This document shows positions 25,831 to 32,000 of a DNA stretch of 32,000 nt, in pieces; the stretch's first letter is position 1, and every line of letters starts with the position of its first letter. Both the position numbers and the translations under genes were made by a program. The stretch covers positions 482,700 through 514,699 of the forward strand of contig NZ_CP046226.1 of NCBI RefSeq assembly GCF_012562765.1. Reading direction: 5' to 3'. The notes under the pieces were generated by a model that saw only the letters and a list, made by a program, of their open reading frames with translations, did no database searches and had not been told where the DNA came from. The stretch is from Candidatus Saccharimonadota bacterium. GTDB lineage: Bacteria; Pseudomonadota; Gammaproteobacteria; Enterobacterales; Enterobacteriaceae.

Positions 25831-27114
25831 ATGTTAGATCCTAATTTATTTCGTTATAATATAGATTATGTATCTCAAATTCTTAAAAAAAGAAATTTTA
25901 TTCTAAATAAAAAATTAATAAATGAATTAGAAAAAAAAAGAAAAAAATTACAAATTAAAATAGAAAAATTACAAATAGAAAAAAAGGATAAATCTAATAA
26001 TTTAATAAAAAAAAAAGCTAATTATTTTGATTGTTTAAAAACTCAAATTAATAAAATTAATGATGAACTATCTGTTTTAAAATTAAAATTAATTGATGTT
26101 AAAAAAAATATAAAAAATATTTATGATACTATTCCAAATATTCCATCAGATGATGTTCCTTATGGAAAAAATAGTAAAGATAATAAAGAAATAAAAAAAT
26201 GGGGTAAAATTTTATTTTATGATTTTCCAATTAAAGATCATGTAGAATTAGGGTTATTAAATAATGGAATTGATCTTAAATCAGGAATTATTTTAAGTGG
26301 ATCAAAATTTATAGTAATGAGAGGATTAATAGCATATCTACATAGAATTTTAATTCAATTTATGTTAGATTTACACGTTTTTTATCATAATTATGAAGAA
26401 ATTTATGTTCCTTATATAGTTAAAAATAAAACTTTATATGGTACTGGACAATTACCAAAATTTAGTGATGATATTTTCCACGTAAAACCGATCAAATATT
26501 ATGATAAAAATAAATATTCTTTAATTCCTACCGCAGAAGTTCCATTAACTAATATAGTTTATAATAAAATAATAAAAGAAAATGAATTACCAATAAAGTT
26601 TGTAGCACATAGTCCATGTTTTCGATCTGAAGTAGGTTCTTACGGAAGATATAATAAAGGTTTAATTCGTACACATCAATTTGATAAAGTTGAATTAGTA
26701 CAATTAGTACGTCCTGAAGATTCTTCAAAAACATTAGAAGTTATTACACAACATGCAGAAAAAGTATTAAAACTTTTAGAATTACCTTATAGAAAAATGC
26801 TTTTATGTACAGGAGATATGGGTTTTTCTTCTAGTAAAACATATGATTTAGAAGTATGGTTTCCATCAAAAAAAAAATACTATGAAGTTTCTTCTTGTTC
26901 TAATATGTCTGATTTTCAATCTAGAAGAATAAAAGCAAGATATAAAACAAAAAAAAATGAAAATATCTTTATACATACATTAAATGGTTCTGGATTAGCA
27001 GTTGGAAGAACTTTAGCTGCTATAATGGAAAATTATCAATTAAAAGATGGTAGTATTAAAATACCTAATATTTTAAAACCATATATGAAAAAATCATCTT
27101 TTAATATTAAATAA
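25831..27114 (+). CDS. serS: Seryl-tRNA synthetase
   Basis: 427-aa ORF starting MLDPNLFR, with an N-terminal coiled-coil arm. Class II motifs are present: LIPTAEVPLTN, SPCFRSEVGSYGR..GLIRTHQFDKVELV, TYDLEVWFP and HTLNGSGLAVGRTLAAIMENYQ. Collinear with E. coli SerRS. Confidence 0.96.
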   Translation: MLDPNLFRYNIDYVSQILKKRNFILNKKLINELEKKRKKLQIKIEKLQIEKKDKSNNLIKKKANYFDCLKTQINKINDELSVLKLKLIDVKKNIKNIYDTIPNIPSDDVPYGKNSKDNKEIKKWGKILFYDFPIKDHVELGLLNNGIDLKSGIILSGSKFIVMRGLIAYLHRILIQFMLDLHVFYHNYEEIYVPYIVKNKTLYGTGQLPKFSDDIFHVKPIKYYDKNKYSLIPTAEVPLTNIVYNKIIKENELPIKFVAHSPCFRSEVGSYGRYNKGLIRTHQFDKVELVQLVRPEDSSKTLEVITQHAEKVLKLLELPYRKMLLCTGDMGFSSSKTYDLEVWFPSKKKYYEVSSCSNMSDFQSRRIKARYKTKKNENIFIHTLNGSGLAVGRTLAAIMENYQLKDGSIKIPNILKPYMKKSSFNIK

Positions 27115-27138
27115 CGATTTTTTTAATAAAATATCAAA

Positions 27139-27618
27139 TTAAAAATTTTGTTCAAATAAAAATTTAATAGTATGATATAAATCAATAGTTTTAAATAAGC
27201 GTGTTGGAATAACAAAAATAGTATCATCTCCAGCAATAGTACCAAGAATTCCTTCTGATTTTCCTAAAGAATCTAATAAACGAGCTATTAATTGAGCAGC
27301 TCCTGGACTAGTATGAATAATAATTAAAATATCATTATAATCAATATCTAAAACTAAATTTTTTAAAGGACTAGTAGTATTTGGAGCTCTTAAATCTAAA
27401 GGAAAAGAATAAACTATTTCCATTTTTGCATTTCTAGTTCTTACAGCACCAAGTTTTGTTAACATCCTAGAAACTTTAGATTGATTAATATTATTAAAAC
27501 CTTCTTCTTGTAATGCATGTACAATTTCAATTTGTGTACTAAATTTTTCTTCCTTAATTAAATTTTTAAAAATTTTTACTAAAATTTCTTCTTTTTTTTT
27601 TATAGAAATAGTACTCAT
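27139..27618 (-). CDS. argR: Arginine repressor
   Basis: 159-aa ORF. The winged-helix region [45 protein letters not shown] and the C-terminal arginine-binding/oligomerisation region [50 protein letters not shown] are almost identical to E. coli ArgR. Confidence 0.95.
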   Translation of the reverse strand: MSTISIKKKEEILVKIFKNLIKEEKFSTQIEIVHALQEEGFNNINQSKVSRMLTKLGAVRTRNAKMEIVYSFPLDLRAPNTTSPLKNLVLDIDYNDILIIIHTSPGAAQLIARLLDSLGKSEGILGTIAGDDTIFVIPTRLFKTIDLYHTIKFLFEQNF

Positions 27619-27940
27619 AAAGTCACCAATAAAATAAAAAATAACATTATTTTTTATATATGACTAAAATTATTAGTAATAAGGATAAAAAAATTAACTT
27701 ATTTTATTTAAATAAATTAATAAAATATTAATTTTTAGTCAATAATATTAATCTAAATTTACTTTAAAAGTCAATAAATATTTAATTATTTTCAATAAAA
27801 AATGAAACCTTTTAATTATAAAGATAAATTGATTTTACTAATTAAAAATATTATCATATGTTTGATAAACATTAAATCATTTTATAAATAAATTTTATTT
27901 TTTAAAATTATAAAATTTATATTTTTAGGTAATTTTTAAT

Positions 27941-28366
27941 ATGTATCATTTTAAAAATAAAATAAAAAATAAACATAATTGGTATCTTATTGATGCTCAA
28001 GAAAAAATTTTAGGTAGATTAGCTACAATAATAGCTCATTATTTAATGGGAAAACATAAAACAACTTATAGTCCTCATATAGATGGAGGTGATTATATTA
28101 CTGTAATTAATGCGGAAAAAATTCAAGTAACAGGAAATAAAAGAAAAAATAAAATATACTATAGTCATAGTGGATATTCTGGTGGAATAAAAAAAATATC
28201 ATTCAATGAATTAATCACTAAACATCCAAATAGGGTCATAAAACATGCCGTAAAAGGAATGTTACCTAAAAATAAAATAGGTTATTTAATATTAAAGAGA
28301 TTAAAAATTTATTCTGGGAATAAACATAAACATACTGCTCAAAAACATCATATTTTAAATATTTAA
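27941..28366 (+). CDS. rplM: 50S ribosomal protein L13
   Basis: 141 aa. [52 protein letters not shown] and AVKGMLPKN are collinear with E. coli L13. It lies upstream of rpsI, as in the rplM-rpsI operon. Confidence 0.96.
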   Translation: MYHFKNKIKNKHNWYLIDAQEKILGRLATIIAHYLMGKHKTTYSPHIDGGDYITVINAEKIQVTGNKRKNKIYYSHSGYSGGIKKISFNELITKHPNRVIKHAVKGMLPKNKIGYLILKRLKIYSGNKHKHTAQKHHILNI

Positions 28367-28379
28367 TTGGATAATTATA

Positions 28380-28772
28380 ATGATTTTATATAAAAATTAT
28401 GCAACAGGAAGAAGAAAAAGTTCTTCTGCTAGAGTTTTTCTTAAAAAAGGTAATGGATTAATTAATATAAATAATAAATCTTTAGATAAATACTTTTCTA
28501 GAAATACATCTCGAATGATAGTATTACAACCTTTAGAATTATTAAAAATTAATAATCAATTAGATTTATATATTACAGTTAAAGGTGGAGGAATTTCAGG
28601 ACAAGCAGGAGCTATACGTCATGGAATTACTAGAGCTTTAATAAAATATAATAATACTTATAAAGTAGAATTAAGAAAAGCTGGATTTATTACTCGTGAT
28701 GATCGTAAAGTAGAGAGAAAAAAAGTAGGCTTAAAAAAAGCTAGAAAAAGTTCTCAATTTTCTAAACGTTAA
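28380..28772 (+). CDS. rpsI: 30S ribosomal protein S9
   Basis: 130 aa. [46 protein letters not shown] and [32 protein letters not shown] are collinear with E. coli S9. Confidence 0.97.
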   Translation: MILYKNYATGRRKSSSARVFLKKGNGLININNKSLDKYFSRNTSRMIVLQPLELLKINNQLDLYITVKGGGISGQAGAIRHGITRALIKYNNTYKVELRKAGFITRDDRKVERKKVGLKKARKSSQFSKR

Positions 28773-28817
28773 TAAATTATTATTTATTATAGATATAAAA
28801 AATATTTCTATTTATTA

Positions 28818-28851
28818 TTAATAATTTTAAATTTCAATTTAAAATTATTAA
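28818..28851. repeat. 34-bp A/T palindrome (16-bp perfect arms, 2-nt TC spacer); possible AU-only terminator hairpin after rpsI
   Basis: TTAATAATTTTAAATT (28818-28833) is the exact reverse complement of AATTTAAAATTATTAA (28836-28851). It starts 46 bp after the rpsI stop and is followed by ATATTTATTTTTT. Confidence 0.8.
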
Positions 28852-28926
28852 ATATTTATTTTTTAAAATTTAATTTTTATAATTATTTTAAATATTTAAA
28901 ATTTTTTATTATAGAGAATAATTACA

Positions 28927-30183
28927 ATGGATAAATTTATTATTAAAGGACCTGTAAAACTTAAAGGACAAGTAATTATTTCTGGATCTAAAAACGCAGC
29001 ATTACCAATATTATTTGCGTCACTTTTAATTAAAGAACCAATAGAAATAAAAAATATTCCTAAATTAAAAGATATTGATATAGCAATTAAAATTTTAATA
29101 AAATTAGGAGTCAATATTAAGAAAAAAAAAACATTAAGAATAGATTCTAGTAGTCTATTACGATATAATCCTCCTTCTTATTTAATTAAATTAATTAGAG
29201 CTTCAATTTGGATTTTAGGTCCATTATTAACAAGACTTGGAAAAGTAAATATAGCTTTTCCTGGAGGATGTTCTATTGGTAATAGACCTATCGATTTACA
29301 TATAAATAGTTTACAAATATTAGGTGCAAAAATTAATATAAAAAAAAATCATATTCAAGGATATATAAAAAAAAAATTTCAAGGCAAAATAATACGTATG
29401 AAAAATGTTAGTGTAGGAGCGACTATTACTATAATATTAGCAGCTACATTAGCATGTAGTATTACTATTATAGAAAATGCAGCTAAAGAACCAGAAATAA
29501 AAGATTTAGCTAATTTTTTAAATAAAATGGGTGCGAATATACAAGGTGTAGGAACAAATAAAATTATTATTAAAGGAGTGAAAAAATTGAAAGGAGGTAT
29601 TTATACTATAATATCAGATAGAATAGAAACAGGAACTTTTTTAGTAGCAGCTGCAATATGTAAAAGTAAAATATTATGTAAAAATACTAATCCTAATGAT
29701 TTAAATATAGTTTTACAAAAATTAAAAAAAACTGGTGCTGAAATTAAAACTGGAAAAAATTGGTGTAGCATAAATATGCATGGTCAGAGACCAAAATCAG
29801 TAAATATAACAACAGGTCCTTATCCTAAATTTCCTACTGATATGCAATCTCAATTTGCATTGTTAAATTTAGTATCAAATGGTATTAGTATAATTAAAGA
29901 AAATATTTTTGAAAATCGTTTTATGTATGTACCAGAACTAATACGTATGGGTGCAAATGTAATATTAAAAAATAATATGTTAAAATGTAAAGGAGTTAAA
30001 TCACTTTCTAGTGCTGAAGTTATGGCAACAGATTTAAGATCTTCTGTAACTTTAGTATTAGCTGGATGTATTGCTTCTGGAATTACTATAATTAATAATA
30101 TTTCTCATATAGATCGTGGATATGAAAATATTGAAAATAAACTTTCTAATTTAGGAGCACATATTCAAAGAATAAAATATTGA
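28927..30183 (+). CDS. murA: UDP-N-acetylglucosamine 1-carboxyvinyltransferase
   Basis: 418-aa ORF starting MDKFIIKGPVKLKGQVIISGSKNAALPILFASLL. The active-site Cys context is FPGGCSIGNRPIDLH. Also carries IENAAKEPEI, DRIETGTFLVAAAI, FPTDMQSQFALLNL, FENRFMYVPEL, VMATDLRSSVTLVLAG and HIDRGYENIE. Collinear with E. coli MurA, with a TGA stop. Confidence 0.97.
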   Translation: MDKFIIKGPVKLKGQVIISGSKNAALPILFASLLIKEPIEIKNIPKLKDIDIAIKILIKLGVNIKKKKTLRIDSSSLLRYNPPSYLIKLIRASIWILGPLLTRLGKVNIAFPGGCSIGNRPIDLHINSLQILGAKINIKKNHIQGYIKKKFQGKIIRMKNVSVGATITIILAATLACSITIIENAAKEPEIKDLANFLNKMGANIQGVGTNKIIIKGVKKLKGGIYTIISDRIETGTFLVAAAICKSKILCKNTNPNDLNIVLQKLKKTGAEIKTGKNWCSINMHGQRPKSVNITTGPYPKFPTDMQSQFALLNLVSNGISIIKENIFENRFMYVPELIRMGANVILKNNMLKCKGVKSLSSAEVMATDLRSSVTLVLAGCIASGITIINNISHIDRGYENIENKLSNLGAHIQRIKY

Positions 30184-30229
30184 AATAATATTTTTTATAT
30201 AACATATTTATAAATAAGGAAATATATAC

Positions 30230-30541
30230 ATGTATGCTATTTTTAATAATGGTGGAAAACAATATAAAGTTATAGAAGGTCAAATTATAAAATTAGAAAA
30301 AATTAAAGGTAATATAGGAGAAGAAATAAAATTTAATGATGTATTATTAATACATAATAAAAATAATTTTAAAATAGGTAAACCTTTAGTTACAGGAGCA
30401 TTAATAAAAGCTAAAATAATTTCTCATAAACGAAATAAAAAAATTAAAATAATTAAATTTCATAGAAGAAAACATTTCTGTAAAATACAAGGACATCGTC
30501 AAATTGTAACTACTATTAAAATAGTTAAAATTAAAACTTAG
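30230..30541 (+). CDS. rplU: 50S ribosomal protein L21
   Basis: 103 aa. The sequence MYAIFNNGGKQYKVIEGQIIKLEKI...HRRKHFCKIQGHRQ is collinear with E. coli L21 ([25 protein letters not shown]..). An AAGGAA ribosome-binding site lies upstream and the stop is TAG. Confidence 0.95.
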   Translation: MYAIFNNGGKQYKVIEGQIIKLEKIKGNIGEEIKFNDVLLIHNKNNFKIGKPLVTGALIKAKIISHKRNKKIKIIKFHRRKHFCKIQGHRQIVTTIKIVKIKT

Positions 30542-30564
30542 AGATTAAATAAGAGGTATAATTT

Positions 30565-30822
30565 ATGGCTCATAAAAAAGCTGGTGGTTCTTCAAGAAAT
30601 GGTAGAGATTCACATTCTAAAAGATTAGGCATAAAACATTTTGGAGGAGAAAAGATACAAGCAGGATCTATTATTGTACGTCAGAGAGGAACAAAATTTC
30701 ATGCTGGAAAAAATGTAGGATGTGGTAGAGATCATACTCTATTTGCTATAAAAAATGGAATAGTGAAATTTACAATTAAAGGAATAAAACGTAAAAAATA
30801 TATTCATATATTAACTATATAA
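30565..30822 (+). CDS. rpmA: 50S ribosomal protein L27
   Basis: 85 aa. [61 protein letters not shown] is a very close match to E. coli L27. An AAGAGG ribosome-binding site lies upstream. Confidence 0.97.
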   Translation: MAHKKAGGSSRNGRDSHSKRLGIKHFGGEKIQAGSIIVRQRGTKFHAGKNVGCGRDHTLFAIKNGIVKFTIKGIKRKKYIHILTI

Positions 30823-30932
30823 ATAATTTTTTTATAATATTTTATTATAAAATTAAATTTTTAAAAAAAATACTTATCAAATTTTGAATATATTAAATTT
30901 ATTATTTTAAAAATATTTAATTTGGAGTAATA

Positions 30933-31943
30933 GTGAAATTTTTTGATGAAGCAAAAATATTTGTAACAGCAGGTAAAGGAGGAGATGGATGTATTAGTTT
31001 TCTAAGAGAAAAATATATATCTAAAGGAGGACCTAATGGCGGTAATGGTGGTAATGGTGGTAATATTTATTTATTAACAAATCATAATATTAATACATTA
31101 AATAAATTTCATATTCAAAACCATTATTTTGCTGAAAATGGATTTCCTGGAGAAAAAAATCAATGTACAGGTAAAAAAGGAAAAGATTTAGTTTTAATTA
31201 TTCCAATAGGAACAAGAGTTATTGATTTACAAAAAAAAATAATATTAGCAGATTTAAATAAAAATAATCAAAAAGTTTTAATTGTTAAAGGTGGAAAATA
31301 TGGATTAGGTAATATAAATTTTAAAACTTCTATTAATAGAACTCCTTATCAAAATACTAAAGGATGTTTAGGTGAGAAAAAAATTTTAAAATTAGAGTTA
31401 ATTTTAATAGCTGATGTAGGAATGTTAGGTCTTCCTAATACAGGTAAATCAACTTTTGTTAAAAATATATCTAAAGCAAAAACTAAAATTGGTAATTATC
31501 CATTTACAACAATTAAACCTATATTAGGAGTTGTTAAAAATAATATTGGTAATACTTTTTTCATAGCAGATATTCCTGGAATTATTAAAAATGCTTCATT
31601 AGGAAAAGGTTTAGGTTTAAATTTTTTAAAACATTTAGAAAGATGTAATTTATTGTTACATTTAGTTGATATTTCTAATAAAAATATAATTAATAATATT
31701 AATATTATTAATAATGAATTAAAAAAATTTAACCGAAATCTTTTTTTAAAAGAACAATGGTTAATTTTTAATAAAATTGATTTATTAAAAAATAATAAAA
31801 ATATTGATATATATATAAAAAAAGTATTAATAAAATTTAAATATATAAAAAAATATTATTTAATATCATCTAAAAATAATATTGGAATAAAAAAATTATG
31901 TTGTAATATTTTTGAATATATAAAAAAGAATATAAATAAATAA
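30933..31943 (+). CDS. obgE: GTPase Obg/CgtA
   Basis: 336-aa ORF with a GTG start aligned to Met1 of E. coli ObgE ((M)[44 protein letters not shown]). A GGAG ribosome-binding site lies at 30924-30927. The G domain carries [25 protein letters not shown] and FNKIDL. It lacks the roughly 50-aa acidic C-terminal tail of the 390-aa E. coli protein. Confidence 0.94.
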   Translation: MKFFDEAKIFVTAGKGGDGCISFLREKYISKGGPNGGNGGNGGNIYLLTNHNINTLNKFHIQNHYFAENGFPGEKNQCTGKKGKDLVLIIPIGTRVIDLQKKIILADLNKNNQKVLIVKGGKYGLGNINFKTSINRTPYQNTKGCLGEKKILKLELILIADVGMLGLPNTGKSTFVKNISKAKTKIGNYPFTTIKPILGVVKNNIGNTFFIADIPGIIKNASLGKGLGLNFLKHLERCNLLLHLVDISNKNIINNINIINNELKKFNRNLFLKEQWLIFNKIDLLKNNKNIDIYIKKVLIKFKYIKKYYLISSKNNIGIKKLCCNIFEYIKKNINK

Positions 31944-32000
31944 ATTTAATTTTATTAATTTTTTATCAATTAAAATATAATTTATTTGGACTATGAAAAG

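Noticed and set aside
26549-26734. 61-aa ORF antisense to serS
   Set aside because: It lies inside the conserved class II motif 2 region of serS on the opposite strand and has no independent support.
27791-27806. TTCA-N8-TGAA dyad in the argR-rplM spacer as a possible ARG box
   Set aside because: The orientation is the opposite of the ARG-box consensus (TGAAT-N4-ATTCA), and the arms are only 4 bp.
28896-29114. 72-aa ORF antisense to the 5' end of murA
   Set aside because: It overlaps the conserved murA N-terminus (SGSKNAALPILFASLL) on the other strand, so it is a spurious antisense ORF.
31994-32000. ATGAAAAG at the window edge as the start of the next gene
   Set aside because: Only 7 nt are visible, so it cannot be evaluated.

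Overview
No CRISPR array, mobile element, phage or defence gene, tRNA, rRNA or novel multi-gene system could be supported in this window. It is an extremely A+T-rich, tightly packed stretch of a reduced gammaproteobacterial genome. The proteins are collinear with Enterobacterales orthologues, recognised from memory of the E. coli sequences, not by database search. The style fits an obligate insect endosymbiont of the Wigglesworthia, Blochmannia or Buchnera type; the exact taxon cannot be determined here.

The window holds 30 intact housekeeping genes and one pseudogene, with standard code and mostly TAA stops. They fall into short blocks that keep E. coli gene order:
- argS
- mnmA-purB-potABC
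- mutM
- mnmE-yidC-rnpA-rpmH / dnaN-gyrB
- gmk-rpoZ
- pmbA / ppa
- pyrG(pseudogene)-eno
- cydDC-infA, trxB, serS
- argR / rplM-rpsI, murA, rplU-rpmA-obgE

The points worth a second look are gene-loss and structural signals:
1. dnaA and recF are absent from the canonical rpmH|dnaA-dnaN-recF-gyrB locus.
2. pyrG (CTP synthase) is a full-length but multiply disrupted pseudogene directly upstream of intact eno.
3. potABC lacks its potD binding-protein gene.
4. argR, a transcription factor, is retained.
5. Two unusually long perfect A/T-only palindromes lie in 3' spacers.
6. Many A9-A11 homopolymers occur inside essential genes, and two pyrG frameshifts sit in A7 runs.
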